From Octopus sinensis (lineage: Eukaryota): a stretch of 64,000 nucleotides of DNA. The notes under the pieces are model-generated. The model was not told where the DNA came from and ran no database searches. It was given only the letters and a program-made list of their open reading frames with translations. Location: NCBI RefSeq assembly GCF_006345805.1, contig NW_021825323.1:1-64000 (forward strand), read 5' to 3'. Both the position numbers and the translations under genes were made by a program. Positions 26,398 through 38,835 of the stretch are shown here, piece after piece (positions within the stretch are counted from its first letter, which is position 1; every line of letters starts with the position of its first letter).

Positions 26398-26498
26398 ATT
26401 AGTCTTCGTTACATTTAAACTAATATTTATTAAATTCTAACAATTATTTTTTAATTTATATTAACTTATTGATTAAGAATATTTAATTTTAAACTCTA

Positions 26499-26600
26499 GC
26501 ATGTGTTCTCAACCGGGGGCGATAATTAGGTCAAAGGGGGGGGGGCGATAATATATTTAATAAAATATTTGAATTTAAATATAATACAAGTATTAATAGT
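26499..26600 (+). mobile_element. Isolated hAT-like terminal fragment
   Basis: CATGTGTTCTCAACCGGGGGCG resembles the hAT TIRs elsewhere in the window. Confidence 0.4.
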
Positions 26601-26609
26601 GTGACGTGT

Positions 26610-29600
26610 ATATCTGTTTTCACCAGTCTGCAAACAAATCCTGAGGGCCTTCCTACGCAAAATACAAATAATAATAATCAATCAGAAGTTGGAAACGTGT
26701 CTTCAGGGCTGCATGGAACGCCTGAAACTTGCAATGATCTTTATATTGAACCTTCACGAACGCATTTGCTCCCCCTTAAATCATTGATAACTGAAACACA
26801 TTCTAACGACAAATTGGAGTGTATATCTTCTGTTGTTGATTCGGCTAAGCGGAGATTTGAAAGAATCCCTCGTGGTGGATGGAACCTCATTGTACATAAT
26901 TTCAATACCCGTTTTCTTGTTCAGAAAAGTATCTCCGATGTTAAAAAATTATTGAAAGTGAAACCCCATAATGAGACTTGTGGTAATCAAAATGATGTGG
27001 GTGTTACAGAAAACGGAAATTCACTGTCAAAAACAGAAATTTCTTTATATGGAAAATGTAAAGAAGAATTTAATTTCCAAATTAAGAGAGTTGTATCAAT
27101 ATCAAGGGATTCGAGAAAACCTACCAAGAAGATTCCATATAAATTGGTTAAGAAAGATATTCTGGTTGCTTTGGATGCAGTGATTTCAAATTATGTATTG
27201 ACTTGTCCTCCAAAGGATATAAACGAAATCACAAATATTATTTATGCAGGACAATGTGCATACGAAAATTTGGTTTTAAAAAATAAAATAAGTAGCTCTT
27301 GGAGGGAAAATATTGAGAGAAGAATTACTAAATTCAGAGAGAACCTCACTCTTATTGCTAATTTCTCCAGTCTGAAATCCAAAAGTGAAAAGGATACGGC
27401 CTTGGACTTTATGTGCTCCTTTAGATATAAGAAGTCGAGAAAATGAGAAATCACCAGAATATGTACGTTAATTGAAGATAGAATAAAAATCATGGAAAAA
27501 AGGATTTCGATTTATGAGTCACGAAAATCATTTAGAAGAGACAATTTTTGTTTTGAACTCAACAGGAGGTTTTACCGAAACCTGAATGCCGGAGAAGATA
27601 ATAAATATATGTTGCCGGAAGGTGAATGTTTGTTATTTTGGGAGAAGATATGGAAAAAAGATGAAAATCATATTGTTACTGATGTCGTTGGAAAACGCAT
27701 AACTGGCATAGAACAATCCCCAGTTGACATCAAAACAGACTTTATCAAGAGTATTATTAACTATGCGTCAAACTGGAAGACTTCTGGATTCGATGGAGTA
27801 TACTGCTTTTTTATTAAGAAGTTTGAATCCCTTTATAATTATTTATGTGATGAAATTTTGAAGATTATTAATGGAGATTACTGTCCTGGTCAGTGGTTTT
27901 ACACTGGGGTTACATTTCTCATCGCAAAAAAAGCTTGTTGTGAATCACCTAATGACTTGCGTCCGATTACATGCATGCCTATACTATACAAACTTGTTAC
28001 AAAATGTGTCAACACTAAACTTACAGACTATATTGAAGCTTTTGATTTTGTTTCGGATAACCAACTGGGAGCTAGAAGACATTGCCAGGGTGCAAAAGAA
28101 CAAGCTTTAATAAACCAGTGCATTAACAATCACTATGGAAATAACTTATTTGCGACATGGATTGATATAAAGAAAGCATTTGATTCTGTTAACCATGAAT
28201 TTTTATCGCTGGTATTGGATTATTCTGGACTCCCTGAGTGGATTGTGAAGTTTATTAAAAGTTTGATAAGTAAATGGAAAGTGATTCTGAATCTCAACGT
28301 AAATAGAATTGGAACAGTGAAATTAGAAAGAGGAATTCTTCAAGGAGATTCACTATCTCCCTAACTTTTTACGCTGGTAATGAATTCGTTGAGCAGGATA
28401 CTAAATCAGAAGTTTCCTAAAATCTGTATTGACCAAAATGACCCGTCTCAAATAACATACTCAACTAACCATCTGCTATTTATTGGTGATTTGAAAATAC
28501 TTGCTGAGAAAGAAGATACGATCTTGAAGATGATGGATAGTATTGATGAATACTTCAGTGTTGTTGGTCTCAAGAGGAATTTTGAAAAATCTGCAACCAA
28601 TCTGAATTATGTTAAAGAAACTAGAAGCCTTGACGGATATGATGGATATCGATATCTGGGAGTCCTGGAGGATAAAGAAAGCAATGTATTGAAGCATGAA
28701 GTTATGAAAAAAATTGCAGAAAATGTAAAGAAGAGAATTGAAAGCTTAGTGAACACGAAGCTAAATGCAGTGAATCTATTCAACGCGATTAATGAATATT
28801 CTCTATCACTTTACAATTACTATATTGGACTAATTGACATTGAGCCACACGAGTTTCAAGCCATTGATACCGAAGTTCGAAGGATTCTATCTAATTTACA
28901 TGTTCATCTGAAACCTGCAAATAAGGAAAGATTATATATAAGCAGATCTAACCTTTGAAGAGGACTTAATTCAATTGTCCATAAAAGTGAATGCATGTTA
29001 TACCAATTTTTGACTGATTTTGAAAGAAAGTCTAAAATGTGTCTCAGAAAGTCTGGAATCTTGCGGGTCTTGAAAATAAAGAAAACACATATGGCCACTA
29101 TCGCAAGATTTCTTACCTTCAAATACAATATTAAAGATCCTTCAGAATTGAATATAAACATAATCAGGGAGAATCAACAAAAGAATCTAATGAAGATTAT
29201 TAAATCAAAGATGTTGCATTCTGTACTTTTCAAATGTTGTGAGGATCAGAATGTTGACATCAATATGTCTACGGAATGGCTGGTGAATGGAAACAACGGT
29301 CCGAGATCAGAAGCAATGTATTGTATTATTCAGGATCGAAATATATTTTTCAACGATAACGGAGGAATGTGCAATCATTGTAATCAAACTAAAAAATCTG
29401 TTGATCACATGGCTACAAGATGCAGCAGAATGCTGAACAGTGATTATACCAGAAGACATAATAAAGTTATAAGATGCATCCATTTGCATCTCTGTCGCCA
29501 ATATGGAATCAGAAAAACCAAAAGGTTAAAGTCACACAGTCCAGTCGGTTAGCTCAAATCATAAAGTGGAGATAAGAGTGGACACCACATTGCAGACAGA

Positions 29601-30170
29601 TGTTCATGTAAAAAACAGTAGACCAGATATTTTTGTCCTTGATAAAACGAAAAACGAAATCACTCTAATTGAAGTCGGAATTACTTCTCACGCCATGTTA
29701 AAGCAAGTGGAAGTAGAAAAACTACATAAATATGATCTTCTTGCTGGAGAATTATCTCAAATCCACGGTGCAAAGATAACGATAATCCCCATTGTCCTCA
29801 CATGGGACGGGATAGTTTCTAAATTCTATAAGTCTTATATGGAAAGACTGAAGTTGGATGCTTCCACTAGATCGTATATACAATCGCTGACGATTAAAAA
29901 GACATTGGAGACCATGCTTGTTGAACATAAACATGGAGTGGAAATTGAAAAACATGAGGAACAAGTTTCGAGGGCCACCAACCACCTCCTAAAATTGGTT
30001 AGAGAAACAACAGATCCACCAGATTTGCCGGAAGATGTGTCTCATGTGTCATATGAAGTGTTAGAGGAGGAGAATACGCAGATCCAATGCAACGGTTCAA
30101 AAAGGAGGAGAATTATACAGATTAGTTAGTTATTAGTAACTAAAAACGTTAATTTATAATAAATACAAGT
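26610..30170 (+). mobile_element. R4/Dong-like retrotransposon, near full-length, several stops and frameshifts
   Basis: ORF pieces 26601-27446, 27492-28364, 28380-28958, 28995-29552, 29566-30129 give N-terminal region, RT (LRPITC, GILQGDSLSP, YRYLG), CNHC...HMATRC and SRPDIFV...IEVG. Confidence 0.9.
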
Positions 30171-31419
30171 ATTTATACATGTTAAATGCCTACTATATTG
30201 AGTAAAGAGTATGTGATATGTACGCGGGACTACGACTGTCGTGGTTTGAATCCAGAAGAGGGTACTTTTGAGCTGGGGTTAAGCTTGTTAATGTTCCCCA
30301 CCCGTGAGGCGGAGAGTCCTCCTGGCACGACGCATTTGTTAAGGGGGGATCTTTTACTTTCCCTGATTTTCATTACCAATGACAAATCTCCATTATGCAA
30401 AACCTTTCCGATAAAAAATGAAGTTCTGTCAGCGACGGTAGGAGGCTGCCAGAAATGGGAACTAGGCATTTACCATCTCCCCATCTCTCTTTGAATACGA
30501 AAAACTGTAATGAAAATTTGGAGGTCAATGTTGATCGGCACAAATGACTCTTTCCCCATTGTCTCTGCCTTCGATTAGCTAGTTATGACTGTTGTTTATG
30601 CCTGAGTTGTCTCCTATGATGTGCAACTTGTGGGATGAACAAAAATTTCAACTGTGAAAATTGGTTTTGAGTAAATCTGAAATTCCAGTGATCGATTAAT
30701 GAGAATCGATGTTAGAACTAAAAGCACACATCTTAAATACAGTATCTATGTCGTTACAGTCACATTAATTTCACCTTTACGATTGCTCGAAACATTAAAA
30801 TACTAATATTCAGATCCAAAATATTCGGTGAAATAAGGTTCTATGTTTAATAACAAGTTTTTTGAGATATTCAAAGAATTTTCAAAAATGTTGTCAAAAA
30901 TTTTACCTAATATTTTTTTTATAATATTTTGTACTTGGATTGTGGAGTTTGTCCAATTCCCGTCAGAAACATTTTTCAAAGAATTGAAGCTAACAAAGCA
31001 CGACCGACTCTGAAATATTTCATACCGACACAACTATGATTTGAAAGTTTGAAGAGGTGCCAAAGTTGGAGTCCATGCTTTGCGTGAATTCGTTTCGTGA
31101 ATCACTTGTGCTGAGTCGTTAAATTTTTAAAATTGAATCCTACTGTGCAAAATGCAAAATGGTGAATATTCACATTGAAGAATTTTTGTTTATGACGTGG
31201 TGTGCAGAATTTGACAAACGGTTACCTTCATGTACTTCCCCCAAGGAAGAATTGGTTTTCATTGAATGTTCTATATTTGAGAGTGAAGTCAAAGCTGTGA
31301 TAAAAGGTAAAGTATTTAAAATTTTCCCTCTATAAAAAGCTAAACTTTTTTACTAAGGAACTTCTTATTTATCCCAAAACAAACCTATATATTGAGACCT
31401 GCCGTATGCAATAAAGAAC

Positions 31420-31642
31420 ACAGTCAGATTCCCCTTCTCCGTGCCAGTTCTACTTTGGTTGTTCACTGTTTTACCACTCAATGCTCAACTACCACTTACG
31501 CAGCAATCAAACAAACAGCAGTAAAGACTCAACCCATAGAGCCAATCCTTCTACCGAAGGTACAGATCTAGTTTACCGACTTTCCTTACCAGCGTTTATC
31601 TATTGACCAGAGGCTGCTAACCTTGGAGACCTGCTGCGGTTA
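31420..31642 (-). rRNA. Isolated, divergent LSU (28S) rRNA fragment spanning the D8 region
   Basis: Minus strand: TAACCGCAGCAGGTCTCCAAGGTTAGCAGCCTCTGGTC...GGTAAGGAAAGTCGGTAAACTAGATCTGTACCTTCGGTAGAAGGATTGGCTCT...AGAACTGGCACGGAGAAGGGGAATCTGACTGT; conserved LSU blocks in the correct order around a short (~80-nt) variable segment. Confidence 0.85.
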
Positions 31643-32473
31643 ATAAAGTGAATAAAAACTCAAAATCTTCCGATTTTCAGGACCATCGGAATACTGTGTG
31701 TAAAGATGATACTTCTCTCAAACATAAGAGAGAGGTTCACTCTTCCATAGACACCTTGAACAATCACAAAGCATTTGAATCGCTCGTCCTCTCTCTGGAG
31801 ATAAAAAACCCTGCGCTTGGACGGATCAAATGTTTCAATATTTTAACAAAATCTTTGACTGCACGGAAGGCTCGTATAACTGCAAAAAAATCGGGGCATT
31901 TTACCCTAGAATTCAATAACCGAAGTGACAGGGATTCTTTTATGAACGACCTGAACAATAACAAGCCATTTGGTCATGATGGCCATAAAATCTCGGAATG
32001 TTATTTGCAACCCTCAACAGTAATTTTGAAGGGAATTCCTTTCTGGGTTTCCGAAGAAGACCTGGATCTTTACCTAAAGGAGACTCTCCAGCCTGGCTTT
32101 TCTTTCCAACGGTTTAATAAAAATGGAAGGAATATGCCAGTTGGTAAATTGACCTTGAAGTCAAGGGCAGAAGCCACTTCACTTGTCAGAATGGGAATTG
32201 AAGTGGGTTTTCAGAAAATACGTTGTGAGTGGTTCAAAAACCCTGCTACAAGATGTTTTCGATGCCAAAAATTTGGCCACATTTCAAACTACTGCAAAGA
32301 GGTAGAAAGATGTCTTTTTTGTGGTGGCGACCATAATATGAAGTTCTGTTCAATTAAAGAAAAAACAGAGCAGAAATGCATTAACTGTGGTTCAAATGGA
32401 CATTTGGCTTGTTACGGAGGTTGCCCTTCAGCTAAGGCAGCTACTGAACAGTTACGCATAAAAAGCTCAACTA

Positions 32474-34344
32474 TACCATTTTCAAGTCAATTTGACAATT
32501 ATAAACTTCAAATGTCATCTGGATAATTCAATTTGTCAATTATAAATTTCAAATGTCAACTGGATAATTCAACTTGTCAATAACAAACTTCAAATGTCAT
32601 CTGGATAATTCAACTTGTCAATAACAACCTTTAAATTTGTAATTACGAAAGTCAAAAAATTTTTCGTCGAAATACATCGAAAATTTTTTGATGGCTGAAA
32701 AAACAAGATATCGCAAGTACAATGATACAAAAAAATAATAATTGAAGCACATGAAAATTTTGGCGATTGGCAGTCTCTATGCTCCTCTCTTGGAGTTAAT
32801 TTGAGAACAGCTTATCATTGGATTGAAAATAAAGATAAAGAAAGACATCCAAGAGGAGGTAAAAGACATTCAAAAAAAATCAAATAAATATAAATGAATT
32901 AATCAGTTGGATTGAAGCTGATCCTCAGATCACTTTGAAAGAATGTGCGGAGAAAATACGAAAAAATTATTCAATGTCTGTGTCGGTTACAACAGTAAAA
33001 AATAGGCTTGATAGGGAATTAATTTCTCTCAAAACCTGTCGACCAATTTGGATCGATGAATCCAATTTTAATTTATATTGTAAGAGAAAAGAAGGACGAT
33101 CAAAAATAGGATCTCGTTCTTTTGTCATTACTCCAAATTCGAGAGGCTCTAATTACATTCTATAAGTGCAATGTCTGCTTCAACATTGCTTAATTTTCAA
33201 TGCAAAAGAGGTTCTTACAGAGAAGAAGATTATAAAGAATGGATGAAAGAATTAATTAATGAATGTATAGGTTTTTATCCGTACAAAATCCTACTTTTAT
33301 AATTGATAATGCTCATGTTCACAATCAATTGGAATCAGTTGTGGAGCAGGAAGAAAATATTGAACCTTTACGATTGGCTCCATATTCCTACTTATTAAAC
33401 CCAATTGAATTAGCCTGGAGTACTTTCAAAGCAGAAGTAAAAAAAATGCTAAGAGAAAAGATGCCAATAATTCTCAAATATAAGAAAACTTCGGATGGTT
33501 CTTCAATTTCTGAATATAGGCTAAAAATGTTGGAAGAAATCGCAGGAGAGGCAAAAAAGGTTCTAACACCACAAAAATTAATGGGATTTGTTAACCGGGT
33601 TGAAAGGTATTATCCCCGAGTTACTCGTGGTGAAGACCTTTTTGATTTTTAATTTACCAAATAAAATTTGTTCTGTTTCCCATAACATGATTACAATTAG
33701 TATATACAATATTTTGATAAAATGCAAACTTGAATTTCAAAATTGTAAATTTGAGTTTTGCAGATGACATTTGAAATTTTTTTTATATTATTAACAATAG
33801 TTATAACTAACTAAATTCCGGCATCGTAAATGGACACAGTTTCCAGTACTATGGCCAAGGAAATCCTTTCGAAAAGCCATTGGACTCGCGGGTCTCCCGT
33901 TTATGGGAGATCATGCGGCCAAGCTTTTTTAGAAGGAAAGAGACTTTTCGCCGATGACGCCGGAAGTCTCGACGGCGATGGGAGTGAACAGATACCGTTC
34001 AGAGAGCTCCTTGTACTTTCCAATCTTCATCTTCTCGGTTTGCGAGAGACTGAGCCAGGCTCGACAGCTGAAGAAGGAAGGTTGAGCTCGAAAAGTGTGA
34101 ACACGTCGCATCCCATAACAGAGACTTGCCGAACTCAACATTTGAAATTTATAATTGACAAATTGATTTTTTCAGATGACATTTGAAATTTATAATTAAC
34201 AAATTTGAAATTTATAATTCGCTCTTTGATTTTAATTTAGATAAATTAGAGAAGTTATTAACAAATTGAATTATCCAGATGACATTTGAAATTTGTAATT
34301 GTAAATTTGGGGTTCATAAGTGCCAAATTGACTTGAAAATGGTA
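32474..34344 (+). mobile_element. Tc1/IS630-superfamily DNA transposon
   Basis: TIR TACCATTTTCAAGTCAATTTG at both ends, TA TSD, subterminal ~38-bp repeats; IWIDESNF, IIDNAHVH, PYSYLLNPIE; frameshifted. Confidence 0.9.
33795..34140 (-). mobile_element. CRE-like 3' fragment nested in the Tc1 element
   Basis: KIGKYKELSERYLFTPIAVETSGVIGEKSL. Confidence 0.85.
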
Positions 34345-35940
34345 TAGAGAGCCGAATAACAGCAAATGGGTCAAAACAGAGCCAGTCAAATCTGTATGGG
34401 GAAAATCCAAAATGTCGCATTGCTGTGAGTTCGCAACACAAACGGATGTTTATGAGGATACAATTATGTCCTCCATTACCAATAATTCGGAATTTACAAC
34501 TCACGTTAAGCCTCAACCATCGATGTTGAGCTTACCTCTATGATTAAAAAAATAATCACTATATGTTGGGAAAAAGGATTTGATATTCACAATCTGTGGC
34601 CCCTTTTCTTTGAAGGGCCAAAGATTGACCATTCATGAGTTCATATCTAACTATAATTGCGGTGAACGCACGCTCTCTAAAGAGAAGACGTGCAGAATTT
34701 GAGAACATGTTATCTACTAATCCCGTGGACCTTTTAATTGTAAATGAAACAAAATTGAAACAACATGATGATTATTATCTGAAAGGCTATTACTCCCTTG
34801 ATATCAAATGGAAGTCGGGTTCGATAGCTAGTACGGGGACTTCTATATTTTACAAATCAACTTTGAGAGTGAAAAATTTGAAAATTGTTTCTGAAGAACT
34901 CTGTGAATTTGTCACAATCGATGTTCGACTTGAAAAAACATGGATTAAAATTGGAGGGATGTATTCGAAATATCTTTCTAAATACCCATCGCTTATCAAG
35001 AATTTTTTCGCTGATAAGCACACGTCATTATCAATACTCCTTGGAGATTTGAATGATAAGTGCTCCTCCTTCGGCTGTATGGGGACTAACAGGGATGGTT
35101 TCATTCTTAAGAAACTTTCCAAATCCTTTGGTTTTTCAGTCATCACATCTAAAACTCCAAATCATTACTCTCCAGGAGGGTGGGACTATTTGGGCTTGGC
35201 TTTGGTGTCTTTGTCTGCCCTTCAACTCTTGGAAGAACCGATTACTATCAATGACATTGGGAGTGATCATCTGCCGATCTTATATAAACTCAACGTCACC
35301 CCGTTGAAGGTTACGCCTACTTTCATACGATGCAACCTTACTCCCATAAACTGGGATCACTACAGAAAAAGTTTTGCAATTTATCTGAACAAATTTGCCC
35401 CTCAACTTGGGGATAATTTTTCAGGAGAAGATTTGGAAAAGTCGAGCAATTCTCTTATTGGCTTCATAAAGTCTTATCTAGAAATACACTCTTCTAAAAT
35501 CACCTCGAACAGTAAGAAAATTCCGTTGACATGCAAAAATGTTGCAGTCCTTTTAAAGAAAAAACAATGCATAAGGAACAAACTTTGTCGTTGTGTGGAC
35601 TTTCACGACCGATCTGTTCTAAAAAACGAAATGTTTGCCATTTCCCAGGAAATAAGAAGGTCAACAATTGCTGCTAAGAATAAAGAATGGAAGGCTGAGT
35701 GCAATAAATTACATAAAGCAAATCCAAACTTTTGGAAAGTTTTCGGAAAATTATCCACTTCAAAATCCGAGGAAGCAATACCGAAACTGTTAAATCAAGA
35801 TAGATCCCCTGCTTCTCTTGAAGAAATTTATGAACTTTATAAATATTTGAGATGTCTTTTCTCCTGTAGTCTTCATTTGGGATACGTCCCCTCCTCCTGA
35901 AAATTAACGGAGGTTAGGATGATACTGAAGCCAGGAAAAC

Positions 35941-38240
35941 CTCGCTACTTGCCAGCTTCCTTCCATTGCAAACAAGCCTTGTCAAATACTGTGTCCAAGG
36001 AGAGTCCAGTAGTGTTACGTAGGATTTCCTGGACGAGATGACTGCAGCTTGAAAGCGATGACAGATATGCCGGGAATGAGAAATCCAGCGCCGACCTGAG
36101 ACCCGTTCCTCCGATGCGTGTAGGAAGCTTGCATTGATTCCAACCAGGTTCGTCAAAGTGGATGTTCAAGAGCGATTCAGCTGAACTTCTCAAAGTCCTA
36201 TCCAGTGTCTGTAGAATGTCTCGATGTTCCAAGCAGGGAGAACAACGGAGAGCGTATTGGAGTTTAGGCAAGCCAATGCTATTTTTCAAAAGGAAGAATG
36301 CAGTATGAGCATTGAGTAAGAGAGTTTCTCCGTAACTCTAGAAAGACCCTTTTTTTTCCAGCAGATGGCACCGCAGTTCCTTTTCGCCAAGTGGGCACCC
36401 AAGAAAGTATGCCCTCTCCCGAGGTAAGACAGTAATCCCAGGTAATATCGATTTGAAAGACTTGACCACGTTGATAAAATCACTTTCCGAGTATGTGATA
36501 TTTATCAGCTCCGATTTCTTTATATTTATATCAAGTCCGAGTTTTCGTAGTACAGGCACGGCTTGTGACAGAACGTCAAAAACTTTTCCCCACGGCCCTC
36601 CAATCGTGGCATCATCAAGATACCAGAGGTTCAGTTCCGCGCTGATGGAACGTACAGTTTCGTCGATTGCCAACGCAAAGAGAAGTGGACCAAGCGGGTC
36701 CCCTTGCTGGACTCCAGTCTCCGAATAGATAATCTTGTCCGCAAAGACGAGTGAAGACTTGGTTCCGTAGGCCAGGTAGACGAGTGGAATGAGTTCCGGG
36801 GCTCGTTTGCTTACAGTCTCGAAAATTTGATCCCTCCGCAGTGAATTAAAGGCATTGCAGATGTCAAGCTTGACTCCCATTTTTGGATTTTGTTCGTTTT
36901 TCTGTGTGAAAAAGCACCTTGCGGCATGCATCGCCGCCTCACATCCGTTCTTTACCCCAACTCCGAGTTGGAAGGGGGAGAATTCTTCAGATATTCTCGG
37001 ACAGACAAGACTGCATGCAATTTTAGCTGTTAACCTTCTGAAGTAGTTCCCGACCGCGATAGGGCGGGCCCCACCTTCGGGTTTTTTGAAGCCAAGTAGA
37101 TGTGCGCTGAAAAGAAGCTCCCTTGCGAGAGGAGGGATATCCCCGTTCAAAATACGCATAACCAGTCTTGTGATTGATTTGACAAGGTTGCGGCCCGCCT
37201 CCGCAGTAGCCCCAGCCGTGAGATCCTTGATGTGACCTGGTCGCAAGCCATCGAGACCTCCACTGCTGCTCGCCGCGAACGACGAAATGCTGCGCCGCAC
37301 TTCGCCTTCAGTTACAGTTGTCCTTGGCATATCTCCCGGGAGCACGAATGGGCGGTAATCTTCCGGCGGACATGGATGTTTTCGTCTGATCTGCTCGAGG
37401 ACTTCAGGTGTTGGAGCCAGGACGGTATCGTCGCTGGAAACGACCCGCAACGCCGCCCGGACGTCGCCTTCAAGAAGTTACGATTTACTTTCTCTCCGAG
37501 TGTATCTGGGCAATTCCGAAAGAGCGTATGATCGGCGTCCGGATGTTTTGCTTTTGAAAATTCCGTTTTGTTAATAGATCGTGATTGGAAATCGTGGATA
37601 TTTTTCTTCATTTTTGAGGAAAGTGAGTTTCCATGCATGGAACTTTCTCTAGTGTTCCGATGTGGCTCCTTTGACTCAGTGTAAGGTATGCCAAGTGCAA
37701 GCGGGGCGAAACCGAAGAGTTTGAGCCAGGCCTCTTGATCGTTGGACGTGAGTGCATCGTCAATAGCGGAAGCCAGGCATATAGCTGCAGGGATCCGGAC
37801 GGGTCTCGGGATCTTAAGTGGAATCTTGTTGGCCTTCCTTTGCTCAGACAAGAAAAGCAGGAGAGAATCCGTATTGTCGAAATCCAACGGCTCGCTAGAG
37901 ACGACAGGTTCATTCGATATTTTCGCCTGGGTCTTCCGGCCAAAGCCCATACATACATTGCAGTTCCATAAACTGAGTGAGGATGCAGCCTGCCGGGACA
38001 TCCTTACACATCCGAGGTGGAAAAAGTTCCCGCAAATCGAGCACAAGAGCCCGTACTTGCGTGCATTGCCACAACCGCACGAAGAACACACCAGACCAAC
38101 TCTCACAGGGATAATGTGCGTAGTGTTGTGTTCTTGCATCTTGGAGACTGTTTCTACGCACTCTATTTGTTCGATGGCTCTTTTTTCTTTCATCTTTTTC
38201 CAGTTCCTTTCGGGATAAATTTTGCCCCACAAGAACCCAG
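35941..38240 (-). mobile_element. CRE-like retrotransposon, 5' two-thirds (PHD finger + RT), 3' end missing
   Basis: PHD at 37951-38088; SSGGLDGLRPGH, GARPIAVG, GVKNGCEA, LDICNAFNS, GVQQGDPLGP, WYLDD, FLGCPLG. Confidence 0.9.
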
Positions 38241-38244
38241 GAAG

Positions 38245-38835
38245 GATCAAAACCAATTTTGTTCTATATCCTCTTCAAACAGAATTAATTTTTTTTCAAA
38301 CAATATCACTTCCTCATACATGAAAAAAGCAATATTTCCACTCCGTTGCAATTTTGAATTAAGTTTGTTTAATTCTGATGAAATGTCAACCATGAAATAA
38401 AATTTCTGCAGCCATTGGTCATCATTTAATTCGTCATAATGAATTTTTTTTTCATTTAAAAAAAGTTTGACTTCTTGCATACAAGAAGCAAACCGATTGA
38501 GAACGTTCCCTCTCGAAAGCCAACGAACTTTGTTGTATTGAAGTAGATCAATATACTCGTTGTTGGTTTCGTTTAACAACTCTTTAAATAGCCGATGATT
38601 AAGTCCCTTGAATATATAATAAATAATATATTACTCTTGATATAATGAAGTTAGTAATCTTTATGACCAATTCCATCACTTCTAAAATTTCTTTCGGAAA
38701 CGTTTGCGCAGATAGTACTTCTTGGTGGATAATACAATGTAGAGTAATCACTTCATGATCAATTCTCCTTTTAATTAAAGTTATAAATCCCTTTCTCGAT
38801 CCCAGCATGCTTGCAGCACCGTCAGTTGAAATTGA
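38245..38835 (-). mobile_element. hAT transposase internal fragment (Spin/GTF2IRD2-like)
   Basis: TDGAASM, HCIIHQE, IISR-intron(38607-38634)-GLNHR, VRWLSRG. Confidence 0.85.

Noticed and set aside
30186-31390. Short ORFs and possible micro-intron gene on the minus strand
   Set aside because: No recognisable domain, and I could not build a stop-free spliced frame; left unresolved.
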